35,424 nt of DNA from Cyanobacteria bacterium J06626_4 (GTDB taxonomy: Bacteria > Cyanobacteriota > Cyanobacteriia > Phormidesmidales > Phormidesmidaceae), in the NCBI GenBank assembly GCA_038523235.1, contig JBCBJQ010000061.1, positions 1-35,424 on the forward strand, written 5' to 3'. Of this stretch, positions 1 to 9,080 are shown piece after piece (the stretch's first letter is position 1; every line of letters starts with the position of its first letter). The notes under the pieces were generated by a model. It was not told where the DNA came from, searched no databases, and was given only the letters and a program-made list of their open reading frames with translations. The position numbers were made by a program, and so were the translations under genes.

Positions 1-330
1 CTTCACCGCGTTCATCCGGCTCAGGTCCAGGATAATGCCCCCCGCTAAAGGAATGCACTGACCATAGTTACCCGTTCCGGCGCCTCGAACCGTGACTGGC
101 ACCTTGGCAGCGACACAGGCTTTGGCCACCTGCAGCACCTCCGCTTCTGAAGTGGGCCGCACGACTAAATCCGCCGTTTTGTCTGCCAGCTGTGCCTGCA
201 AAATTGGGCTGAAGTAGTAGTAGTCCTTCGACAGTTTTTCGACCTGGGTAGGGTCGCGAATCACTTCTACGTCACCCAGGGCGGTTGTGAAAGCCTGCCA
301 GTCAATGGTGGGGTTAGTCGTCGAGGTCAT
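1..330 (-). CDS. FAD-binding oxidoreductase (GlcD/FAD_binding_4 family), 5' part; runs off the window
   Basis: Manual translation from ATG at 330: MTSTTNPTIDWQAF...ADLVVRPTSEAEVLQVAKACVAAKVPVTVRGAGTGNYGQCIPLAGGIILDLSRMN, with the PCMH-type FAD-binding motif (VRP.S..EV, RGAGT, DLSRMN). Open to base 1. Confidence 0.85.
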   Translation of the reverse strand, partial: MTSTTNPTIDWQAFTTALGDVEVIRDPTQVEKLSKDYYYFSPILQAQLADKTADLVVRPTSEAEVLQVAKACVAAKVPVTVRGAGTGNYGQCIPLAGGIILDLSRMNAVK

Positions 331-622
331 GGGAGTTTGACTTAGTCGGAAGAGAGTGTTTAAGGTGCGGTGTCGCTGAGATATGTGTCGTAGTTTTACA
401 CACTTCCTCACGAACTGAAGGGCCACTCTGATTGACAGGAGGCGATCGCCTCCCCCCGCTTCGCAGTCATCAAACGCTCGCGGCCCCTCGAAATACTGGG
501 GAACGCGGAAGAGATGCAGCGCTCTTGGCCAATTTGTCGAGAACGGGTCGATGCAACCAGTTCGTTCAACTCGAAGCTGCTGCAGTCTCGTCAGCAGCTT
601 CGAGGCGAGGCATGAAGAGCCC

Positions 623-1186
623 CTAAGAGGACTCGTGATGCTTAAACTGACGATAGCGGGTGCGGGCCCGGCGAATGAGGGGCAGTCCGGCGAAGTAGGC
701 CAGGGAACCAAAAACTGCTCCCATCACCGCACTGCCGAGCATCAGGGCGAGCCCCACATCGGTGCCAGTAGCCAGCCAGTTATCTAACGACTCCGCGTCG
801 GTAAAAAGATTGACAACGGGTTGGCCTAAAATCCATGCACCAAGTCGGTAGTTAAAGGCATAGATAGGCACATAGGTGAGGGGATTGCTGATCCAAGTCC
901 CAGCAGCGGCCATGAGCGGATTGCCTTTGATGCGAAGGGCGATCGCCAACCCCATAATGGTCTGCAGGCCAAATAGGGGAAACATCCCCGCAAACACACC
1001 AGCGGCCAGCCCCCTCGCCAGTTCTTTAGGATGTCCCCGCAGCCGAATGAACTTCAAATACAGGTAGCGAACTCGCCGTTTGAGCTGAGCTAGCGGAGCG
1101 CGCTGTAATTTTGACGAAGCGTTCGAAGAGATGGGCACTGCAGATAAATCAGATAGCTGGGTTGAAGGCACTGGCTGCAACGACAA
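623..1186 (-). CDS. DUF2062 family membrane protein
   Basis: LRGHPKELARGLAAGVFAGMFPLFGLQT...GTWISNPLTYVPIY is typical of DUF2062. Start uncertain. Confidence 0.85.
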   Translation of the reverse strand: MSLQPVPSTQLSDLSAVPISSNASSKLQRAPLAQLKRRVRYLYLKFIRLRGHPKELARGLAAGVFAGMFPLFGLQTIMGLAIALRIKGNPLMAAAGTWISNPLTYVPIYAFNYRLGAWILGQPVVNLFTDAESLDNWLATGTDVGLALMLGSAVMGAVFGSLAYFAGLPLIRRARTRYRQFKHHESS

Positions 1187-1408
1187 ATTATAAGAAAGCG
1201 TTAATTATTGTCCATTTTAGGGGGTTCACACCGCCCCTGGCAGTGACGAAACAGCAGATCACAGAATCCATAGGGAATTTTGGTATCCCATGAAGCTGTC
1301 GCCAAAATTTTGATCAGTAAGATTTCGAGACTCGGTGCATGTGAGATCGCACTTAACCTCACAGAGGAAAGTTGTCAATTTGGAACCGGCCCGATAGCAT
1401 GGGCTTAA

Positions 1409-1426
1409 GTTACAAAAGTTAACATT
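1409..1426 (+). promoter_or_regulatory. Putative HLR1 (RpaB-binding) element
   Basis: GTTACAAA-AG-TTAACATT matches (G/T)TTACA(T/A)(T/A)-N2-repeat with one mismatch. It follows a TAGCAT -10-like hexamer (1395-1400) upstream of the lyase gene. Confidence 0.5.
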
Positions 1427-1483
1427 GCTGCTTCGCCTAGTCGAGGTGTGCCTAGAGTTTCTCTATAACGGTGGTTTAGATTT

Positions 1484-2020
1484 ATGCCTTACGCTTTAGA
1501 TACGGCTCAAATCCTGGCTGAACAGTCAGTTTCCTCCTTTTTTCAAACCTGTGAAGGTGACTGGTGTTCTAAGCGTCGTTACTACACTCTCAAAAGCGGT
1601 GACGTGCAGGAGGTGGTGAGCTATCTCAGCATTCGCTTTTTAGCTTTAGGTAATGAAGCCTTGCTCCAGCTCCAGCAGCTGCACGAACTGCCAGCCGATG
1701 CCCCCTTTGTTTGTGGCGCTCAGGTGACCTGGGAAAGCAATTATGTGCACACCGGTAGGAAGCCGGTAGAGGGCTCAACGCTGTTTGGTGTTAAGGGGGC
1801 AACGCTGTATCGCGATCGCGGTTTTTCGACCACGAAGCCCGTCACCGCTGACTTTGTGTTTCGCGAGCCTCGCACAATGATTTTGAAAACGGCCTATGAC
1901 GGCTCCAGCTTTGAAGAGGAGATCAAGCTGATTGGCGATCGTACCCGCACCCGACAAACCATTATCTCCCGCGCTGGGGAAGAAATCATGATCGGTCAGT
2001 ATCTGGAGCAACGCTGTTAA
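1484..2020 (+). CDS. Phycobiliprotein lyase, CpcS/CpeS (S/U/V) family; most like CpcV
   Basis: FF..CEGDWCSKRRYYTL N-terminus, LYRDRGF, FEEEIKL...RTRQTII; size fits a CpeS-like beta-barrel. Confidence 0.8.
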   Translation: MPYALDTAQILAEQSVSSFFQTCEGDWCSKRRYYTLKSGDVQEVVSYLSIRFLALGNEALLQLQQLHELPADAPFVCGAQVTWESNYVHTGRKPVEGSTLFGVKGATLYRDRGFSTTKPVTADFVFREPRTMILKTAYDGSSFEEEIKLIGDRTRTRQTIISRAGEEIMIGQYLEQRC

Positions 2021-2247
2021 TCAGCATCGCTGGTTGGCCGACCCGGTCAAGCGGGCCGAGGCGGTGCCTACCAACCGAGCCATCGGCGAGCTACTGGGTG
2101 GGATAGACTGCATTAACAGCTAGCCGTTGCCCTGCCGGGTGGCGACCCCGCTGGCCAGTTTGCCCGCCGCCAGCCGGTCAGACTGGCCCGTTGAACGCTA
2201 GGCTAACAGCGGGCTCCAGCCCCGCCATCTCTGTCCCATTTGAATTT

Positions 2248-2982
2248 ATGGTGCTCAAAGCTATTCTGCTTGGATTTGACGGCGTCGTCATCAAAGATAT
2301 CGGTTTACGAGAACGTCTGATTGACGACATTCTGATTGCCGAAAACCTGCGGCCTAACGCTGCTGAGTATGCCGAGGTCTGCGCTGGTCGCAGCGATCGC
2401 GCTTGTTTAGACCAGCTGCTGACTCGCCGGGGTCGAGTCACCACCCCTGCCCTGTTGGATAAGCTGCAGGCGCAAAAAGCCCAGGCCCACATTCAGCAGC
2501 TGGCCGAGCTGCCGCAGTTGCCGATTTATCCGGGTTTGTCCGATTTGCTCTACAAGGTGAAAACGGCGGCTTTACCGTTGGCCCTCGTGGCAACTACGGC
2601 CAAAGTTGAAGTGGACTGGATCTTGGCCCAGGCCCAGCTAACCGAATATTTCTCGGTGATCGTGACGGCACAAGACCTCGGGTTAGCCGCCGAGAAGCCC
2701 GCCCCTCAGGGCTACGAACTGGCGATCGCCCGCTTGAATGAGCAGCGCCCGGAGCTGGATCTTCAGCCAGAAAACTGTTTGGCCGTCGAAGCTCGCTATG
2801 CCGGTATTACGGCTGCCCAAAGCGCTCAGGTACCGGTCGTCGGGGTAGCTCACTATCACCCCTATCGCATGGTACAGCGACGGGCCAACTGGGTAGTCGA
2901 TTACCTCAACGAGATCGACTTTGACTGGATTCGTGAGGGCTACGGCAAAATGCAAAATGCAGAGGTCGGCAAGCGAAGTTGA
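2248..2982 (+). CDS. HAD-superfamily phosphatase-like protein (CbbY/beta-PGM-like), atypical motif I
   Basis: LKAILLGFDGVV, YPGL..LL, EKPAPQGY, PENCLAVE motifs. ATG 2248 chosen over the upstream TTG. Confidence 0.8.
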   Translation: MVLKAILLGFDGVVIKDIGLRERLIDDILIAENLRPNAAEYAEVCAGRSDRACLDQLLTRRGRVTTPALLDKLQAQKAQAHIQQLAELPQLPIYPGLSDLLYKVKTAALPLALVATTAKVEVDWILAQAQLTEYFSVIVTAQDLGLAAEKPAPQGYELAIARLNEQRPELDLQPENCLAVEARYAGITAAQSAQVPVVGVAHYHPYRMVQRRANWVVDYLNEIDFDWIREGYGKMQNAEVGKRS

Positions 2983-3265
2983 AAGGCTGAAGTTCAGACA
3001 TGATCAGCCTGCCGCCAAAGAGCCCCTCTTCTCGAAGGACGCTTTGATGATCTGCCAAGAACTGCAAGACGCTAATCTCCAGCACCCCTTAATGGACACC
3101 AGAACTGGCAAGAGGATACAAAAATCACCTGGGCACCGCCGGTCTGGCAATGTCTCATGCTAACGGCAAGCGTTGCTGGGCTGGGGCATTGGTTAAGCCG
3201 CAAGTCCTGAACAACGGTCGCTTCAGGGCGAGGGAGATCGCCAATGGGAATTAGCCGGTACCAGG

Positions 3266-3586
3266 TTAGGGCTGATCCAGACTGCCTAAATTGACATCTT
3301 CCGGTGTCTGAGCATGGCCATTGCTGCCGAGACGATGACGCACATCGTCGATCGCAGAGTTGAGCTGAGCAATTTTATCTTCTAGACCACGTCGGGCGAG
3401 TTCCATCTCTTCATCAGACGGGGGGAGGGCATCGCCCTCGCCCATCTCGGCTCGGTCAAGGGCATCCTCTGGGCTCAAACGAGCGCGATTGCGCGATACG
3501 GTCACCGCCCCGACAACACCGCCGATCACCCCACCAAAGAGCGCGCCGAGTAAAAAACCGCTGCCAAAGTTGTCTTGTTGACTCAT
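3266..3586 (-). CDS. Conserved cyanobacterial protein with Gly-rich membrane anchor and C-terminal coiled coil (YtxH-like)
   Basis: MSQQDNFGSGFLLGALFGGVIGGVVGA...ARRGLEDKIAQLNSAIDDVR; lies downstream of upp. Confidence 0.75.
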   Translation of the reverse strand: MSQQDNFGSGFLLGALFGGVIGGVVGAVTVSRNRARLSPEDALDRAEMGEGDALPPSDEEMELARRGLEDKIAQLNSAIDDVRHRLGSNGHAQTPEDVNLGSLDQP

Positions 3587-3712
3587 GGTGATTCGCAAAA
3601 ATTCGTCTACATCAGCCGGGCAAAATCGACTGGCTTGGCTCTATTGTTGCTGATCTTGGGCGATCGCAACGACTATTGCCCAAAGCTTACCTTAAGTCCG
3701 TGGCCGCGATGG

Positions 3713-4363
3713 CTATGTGCCAAAGGTGCGATCGCCCGCATCGCCCAACCCTGGCACGATATAGCCGTTTTCATCTAACCCCTCATCAATGATGGCGGCG
3801 TAAATCGTCAAGGCTGGATACGCCTCAGCCAGCTTTTGCAGGGCGATCGGTGAAGCGACGATCGCCACCACGCGCACATTGTCTGGCTGAATACCGCGCT
3901 CTAGCAGATCAGCCATCGCGGCCAACATCGTGCCGCCAGTCGCCAACATGGGCTCGCTGATCAGCACTCGGGTTTCGGGCGCTAAGGTCGCGGGCAGCTT
4001 GTTGAGATAGCAGGTCGCTTCTAGCGTTTCTTCATTGCGCACAAACCCGACATGGTAAACCGAAGCCAGAGGCAGCACCGACTGCGCCCCTTCCATCAAG
4101 GCCAGCCCCGCCCGCAGAATCGGGATGATCACCATCGGCACTTCAGGATTGACGAAGGTGGCCGGACAGGACGCGAGGGGCGTGGTGATTGTGGTGTCGA
4201 AGGTCGGTAACCACTCGCGTGCCGCTTCGTAAGTCAGCCAGCGGCCCAGCTCCGTCATCGCAGTGCGAAACAGTGACGAGGGCGTGTTGGCATCACGGGC
4301 GACTCCTAACCAGTGCTTAACCAGGGGATGAGGAGGGACAAAAACACGGAGTTGCAGAGCCAT
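3713..4363 (-). CDS. upp: Uracil phosphoribosyltransferase
   Basis: HPLVKHWL, PILRAGL, EPMLATGGT (PRPP-binding), GYIVPGLGDAGDRTFGT. Confidence 0.97.
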   Translation of the reverse strand: MALQLRVFVPPHPLVKHWLGVARDANTPSSLFRTAMTELGRWLTYEAAREWLPTFDTTITTPLASCPATFVNPEVPMVIIPILRAGLALMEGAQSVLPLASVYHVGFVRNEETLEATCYLNKLPATLAPETRVLISEPMLATGGTMLAAMADLLERGIQPDNVRVVAIVASPIALQKLAEAYPALTIYAAIIDEGLDENGYIVPGLGDAGDRTFGT

Positions 4364-4678
4364 AGAGCTGTCACGGCACAAAGGTCTGGATCATAATACT
4401 CCCTCACGTGAGCGATCTGATGTTAGGAGATGACTCCGCATGAGAGCAGTTATGACTGCATAGCGGTAACGGCTATTCATTAAGACTGAAAGTTCTGATA
4501 GATAGTCTAGTTGGGCCAATTGCGATTAGCCCAATACACCGCCAGAGCTAGCTTTGGTCCGTCACGGTCGACGATGACATATCCGACGATAATCAGGACT
4601 TTCGGTTTAGCAACATTGTTGAACATCGGGGTGAAATGGCAGGATCAACAGGTTCCTCTCCCCAACAGGCTGCAAGCA

Positions 4679-5341
4679 ATGCCGAAACCCAGGCGCTTTG
4701 ACCAGAGCCGTCGTACGCTGTTACGGATCACGCCCCCGATGCTGGCCTCCTTCTTCGTCGCCACCTGCAGCCGTCGCTTTGCCAACTCGGCACTGCCGGC
4801 AGCCAGCAAAGACACCCCAGATCCAGGCGTCTCGCCATCCCCCGTTTTATCGCCAACCCCCGTCTGCGACGATGAGGCGGCAACCCCAGCTCAAACGGCA
4901 GGGCCGTTTTATACCCCTGATTCGCCCGAGCGCACATCCTTGTTAGAACCGGGCACGGTGGGAACGCGGATTGTGGTCACGGGGCAGGTGTTGTCGACCC
5001 GTTGCACGCCCATGGCCAATGCGTTGGTCGATTTTTGGCACACCAATGACCAGGGCGACTATGACAATCAGGGCTATACCCTGCGAGGGCATCAGTTTAC
5101 TGATGGCGAGGGACGCTATCAATTAGAAACGATCGTTCCTGGCTTTTATCCCGGTCGGACTCGCCACTTTCATGTCAAAGTGCAGGCAGCCAACCAGCCG
5201 ATCTTGACCACACAGCTTTACTTTCCTGATGAACCCTTGAACCAACGCGATGGCCTGTTCCGTCCGGAGCTGCTTATGGGCGTGCAAGATGAGGGCAATG
5301 GCCCCCAGGCTCTATTTGACTTTGTCTTGGCAACGGACTAA
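4679..5341 (+). CDS. Intradiol ring-cleavage dioxygenase-like protein with Tat-type signal
   Basis: TPAQTAGPFY, VDFWHTNDQGDY, LRGHQFTD, PGFYPGRTRHFHVKV (Tyr/His iron ligands), TTQLYFP; N-terminal SRRTLL after ATG 4679. Confidence 0.85.
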   Translation: MPKPRRFDQSRRTLLRITPPMLASFFVATCSRRFANSALPAASKDTPDPGVSPSPVLSPTPVCDDEAATPAQTAGPFYTPDSPERTSLLEPGTVGTRIVVTGQVLSTRCTPMANALVDFWHTNDQGDYDNQGYTLRGHQFTDGEGRYQLETIVPGFYPGRTRHFHVKVQAANQPILTTQLYFPDEPLNQRDGLFRPELLMGVQDEGNGPQALFDFVLATD

Positions 5342-5475
5342 TCCCGGTCAGACTAGCTGACGTGATGGGTCTAACCACGAACCGAGACAATCGCTTTAAA
5401 AGTCGGCGACGGGGCCAAATTCTCGCGGTTATGCATTGAGGGCATAGGCTGAAATCAATTTGCTGGAGGTGAGAG

Positions 5476-7014
5476 ATGTCAATGATTGCGCCGTTAAAAA
5501 TCGAACCGCGCTGGCCGGACGGCAGTCACTTTGACGTCATTGTGATTGGGTCGGGGTTAGGGGGCTTAGTAACCGCTACTCAGCTCGTGGCTCAGGGCTT
5601 CAAGCCGCTGGTGCTAGAGCGCTATCTGATTCCGGGTGGCAGTGCCGGCTATTTTGAGCGCGACGGCTACCGGTTTGATGTCGGAGCGTCGATGATTTTT
5701 GGCTTTGGTCAACAGGGTACAACGAACCTTTTGACGCGATCGCTGGCCGCTGTGGGCAAATCGCTGCCCACGATTCCCGACCCGGTGCAGGTGCATTACC
5801 ACTTGCCGGGTGGCCTCGACGTGCGGGTGCATCGTGACTATGAGACCTTTTTAACAGAACTGAGCGATCGCTTTCCGCAGGAACGGCAGGGCATTCGGCA
5901 GTTTTATGATGCTTGCTGGCAAGTGTTCAACTGTTTGAACGCCATTGAGTTGCTGTCGCTCGAAGAACCCCGCTATGTGGCCCGTGTATTTTGGCAAAAT
6001 CCCTTAGCTTGCCTAGGGCTAGCGCGACGCTTACCCCAGAATGTCGGCAGCTTGGCCCGGCGTTATCTCAAAGATCCGCAGCTGCTGCACTTTATTGACA
6101 TGGAGTGCTACTGCTGGTCGGTGGTACCGGCGGCTAAAACCCCGCTGATCAATGCGGGCATGGTGTTTAGCGATCGCCATTATGGCGGCGTCAACTATCC
6201 CCAAGGCGGCGTGGGTCGGATTGCCCAAACGCTGGCGGAGGGATTGACTGAAGCGGGAGGCCATCTGCAGTACCGCTCACGCGTCAAGCGGATCGTGACT
6301 AAGGGCGGACGGGCGATCGGCGTGGAGCTGGCCACAGGCGAACGCTACACCGCCGATCGCATCGTCTCAAATGCCACCCGGTGGGATACCTTTAATCGGC
6401 TGCTCGATCAGCCAGTGCCCCCGGCCGAGCAGCGTTGGCAGTCGCGCTATGCCCCAGCACCCAGTTTTGTCAGCGTCCACCTCGGCGTGCGGCGTGATGT
6501 GATCCCACCTCAGACCGACTGTCACCAGATCGTGCTGGATGATTGGGCAGAACTAGAAGCGGCGGGCGGCACCTTGTTTATGTCACTGCCGACGCTGTTA
6601 GACCCCAGCTTAGCCCCGCGCGATCACCACATTATTCATGCCTTTACGCCCAGCTGGCTCACTGATTGGCAAGGCTTATCACCGCAGCAGTATGAACAGC
6701 AAAAACAGCACGTGGCCAGCCAGATGATTCACCGGCTAGAGCGTCTGTTTCCTGGAGTCAAGGAGGCGATCGAGCATTGTTCCATCGGCACGCCGCGCAC
6801 CCATCGCCGCTTTTTAGGCCGGGTCGACGGCACCTATGGGCCCATGCCGCGACGGCAGCGTCCCGGCCTGTTGGGCATGCCCTTTAACCGCACGGTCGTG
6901 CCGGGCCTGTATTGTGTGGGCGACAGTACGTTCCCTGGCCAGGGGCTTAATGCCGTGGCGTTTTCGGGCTTTGCCTGCGCCCACCGCGTGGCGGCTGATT
7001 TGGGCCGTCGCTAA
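5476..7014 (+). CDS. crtH: Carotenoid (prolycopene) isomerase
   Basis: VIGSGLGGL FAD motif, FDVGASMIFGFG..GTTNLLTR, DMECYCWSVVPA, FSDRHYGGVNYP, GDSTFPGQGLNAVAFSGFACAHR; GGAGG RBS. Confidence 0.95.
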   Translation: MSMIAPLKIEPRWPDGSHFDVIVIGSGLGGLVTATQLVAQGFKPLVLERYLIPGGSAGYFERDGYRFDVGASMIFGFGQQGTTNLLTRSLAAVGKSLPTIPDPVQVHYHLPGGLDVRVHRDYETFLTELSDRFPQERQGIRQFYDACWQVFNCLNAIELLSLEEPRYVARVFWQNPLACLGLARRLPQNVGSLARRYLKDPQLLHFIDMECYCWSVVPAAKTPLINAGMVFSDRHYGGVNYPQGGVGRIAQTLAEGLTEAGGHLQYRSRVKRIVTKGGRAIGVELATGERYTADRIVSNATRWDTFNRLLDQPVPPAEQRWQSRYAPAPSFVSVHLGVRRDVIPPQTDCHQIVLDDWAELEAAGGTLFMSLPTLLDPSLAPRDHHIIHAFTPSWLTDWQGLSPQQYEQQKQHVASQMIHRLERLFPGVKEAIEHCSIGTPRTHRRFLGRVDGTYGPMPRRQRPGLLGMPFNRTVVPGLYCVGDSTFPGQGLNAVAFSGFACAHRVAADLGRR

Positions 7015-7095
7015 GTTCAAGATCGTGAAGACTGTAATCAAGCCCTCCTGCCCCTTCGCTCCCCAGCGCTGATCAAGATGGCGTAGGGAGCCCGA

Positions 7096-7698
7096 TCACT
7101 CTCGCAGGCCCACCTCTAAGCCCACAAAAGGATCATCGAAAATATTCAGCCGTCCGGTGCCAGCCCGCTGAAAGACGGGGGTTGCGCCAGCGGGAGCGGC
7201 CGTGACTTCAAACAGATAGACCCCAGCGCGGGTCGGATTGCGCACCGGCTTGAGGGCAAAGGTGAGGTGCTGGCCGGGGTCGGCGGCGGTCGCTAGCTGC
7301 ACCGTCAGCGTTTGCGAATCTTCAGCATATTCCGCAAAGTCAACCGCATAATCGCGCTGACGATCGCCTCGATCGCCTGCAAACACCTCAATATCGTCGG
7401 TGCGATAATCTAGCCGGGTAAATCGCCCTTCAATCAGGCTGACCTTGAGGGTTTTCAAAGCTTCACCCGCCTCGGGCAGCAGGTTGACGGTGACGTAGTA
7501 GGTAGCGTTTTTGCGGTTAGTGACGTTTTCGGTGGTGACGAAGCTAACCAATCGTGGCGGACTGGTAAACATCGTGCTGCCGTCGCTGAGTTCAACGGCC
7601 CCAACGGGCAGCAACGTAGTGACGACAGCGCACACCAAAGCAACCATTGCCCACATCATGCGCGATCGCCGCTTTAACCACTGCCTCATCTTGCTCAT
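7096..7698 (-). CDS. DUF2808 family secreted protein
   Basis: Signal peptide then AVELSDGSTMFTSPPRL, TYYVTVNL...GEAL, LKPVRNP..GVYLFEVTAAP. Confidence 0.8.
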   Translation of the reverse strand: MSKMRQWLKRRSRMMWAMVALVCAVVTTLLPVGAVELSDGSTMFTSPPRLVSFVTTENVTNRKNATYYVTVNLLPEAGEALKTLKVSLIEGRFTRLDYRTDDIEVFAGDRGDRQRDYAVDFAEYAEDSQTLTVQLATAADPGQHLTFALKPVRNPTRAGVYLFEVTAAPAGATPVFQRAGTGRLNIFDDPFVGLEVGLRE

Positions 7699-8214
7699 CG
7701 CCTTCAGCCTATTTACACGTTGGTACCGTCTGTCAGAACTGACGCAAGCGCCCCCTGTATCCCTCAACATTGGGGATGCCGAAGCCGATTTCCCTCAAGG
7801 TTGGAGGTTCGGGGGCCAAAATCGGATTCAACTGCGTAAGTCCTGTCTGTTTGTTTACCATCTGGAATTTGTAGGCTACTGCAAACATTCGGCAACTCGC
7901 CACCGAGCTGAGATCGGCCGCGATCAGCCGCGATCGCTGTCCATCGCTGCTGGCAAGAGCCGAACTCTCGACATCAAACGCCATGAATCGAGAACAAACC
8001 GTTGCAGAACCTCACGAATACTTACATTTATCCAACTAATTTCAAGCAAACCGGAGCGATCGCAACGGTTCTTGTCGAGATCGGTCTCGCTTCAATTCTT
8101 TGACTACAGAATAGAAACATCGATGGCTACAGCATTGATTGCCATCGATGCTCCATCTATCCTCAGGGGCCTATAAATGCCCTGCAGGAGCAATAAAATT
8201 CTTGGAATAATCCT

Positions 8215-8760
8215 ATGTTCTCTCAACAGACCAATTCGCCGACCCCTTGGGTTTCTTGGGTGTTGGCGATCGCTGGGTTTTGGCTCAGCAGCAATCTCGT
8301 CCTCGACTTTTTGATCATGCCGGTGATGTATGTGTCTGGCATGGGCACTCAGGCCGACTTTGCCAGCGCTGGTTATTCGCTGTTTTGGTCGTTTAACCGG
8401 GTGGAACTGCTTTGTGCTGCCGTCATTTTGACTGGGGTGCTGGCCCTCCGTCACCGTCTAGGTGAGTTTGAGGTGTCTCACAGCGGTAGCCGCTGTCGCT
8501 GGACGCTGCTCCTCGCGGTGAGCCTGCTGAGCTTGACTCTGGTTGACACCTACGTGTTGGCCCCGCAAATGAGCGCGATGGCCTTTGCACTAGAGTCGGC
8601 AACACCATCGGCGCTGTCACCCGTCATGACTGGCCTGCATAGCGCCTACTGGCTGCTAGAGGCGCTGAAACTGGCTAGCCTGGGTGGACTGGCGACGCTC
8701 TGCTTTAAAGATTTGCAGGTGATCGCCGCCCCCGCTGCTTCAACGGACGTGCTGGCTTAA
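8215..8760 (+). CDS. DUF4149-like multi-pass membrane protein
   Basis: GFWLSSNLVLDFLIMP.MY.SGM, FASAGYSLFWSFNRVELLCAA, LHSAYWLLEALKL; about four hydrophobic segments. Confidence 0.75.
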   Translation: MFSQQTNSPTPWVSWVLAIAGFWLSSNLVLDFLIMPVMYVSGMGTQADFASAGYSLFWSFNRVELLCAAVILTGVLALRHRLGEFEVSHSGSRCRWTLLLAVSLLSLTLVDTYVLAPQMSAMAFALESATPSALSPVMTGLHSAYWLLEALKLASLGGLATLCFKDLQVIAAPAASTDVLA

Positions 8761-8933
8761 TTGCTGAGCTTGAGGGGGCTCTTCCAGTTCTTCTCAAGCC
8801 AATCAGCCGTTGCATCCCGATTCTCTGAAGAAGAGACAACAAATTTGCCCCTTGGCCTCTGGACTCCTCTAAGTCACCCAGCTGGCACTGGGAGTCCGAA
8901 TTCTTGAGCATGAGGATGAATCTCGACAACTGG

Positions 8934-8964
8934 GCGGGTCTTGTTAAACAAGGCCCGCTTTTTT
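8934..8964 (+). terminator. Rho-independent terminator
   Basis: GCGGGTCTTGT-TAA-ACAAGGCCCGC stem (one G-U pair) followed by T6. Confidence 0.65.
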
Positions 8965-9080
8965 GCGCGAAAAACTTTGAAACTCGGTGCTCAGATCGAT
9001 GCCATGTTGCCTGAGCTGACTTATCATTAGCGCCATCGGCTTTGCAGGATACGGATGAGCTAAGCGGAGGAACTTAATAA

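Noticed and set aside
385..405. NtcA site (GTG-N8-TAC on the minus strand) or riboswitch upstream of the FAD oxidoreductase
   Set aside because: Imperfect match with no TAN3T at the expected spacing; no recognisable aptamer.
7511..8176. 221-aa plus-strand ORF
   Set aside because: Antisense to DUF2808 and runs through a promoter region; no motif and non-protein-like composition.
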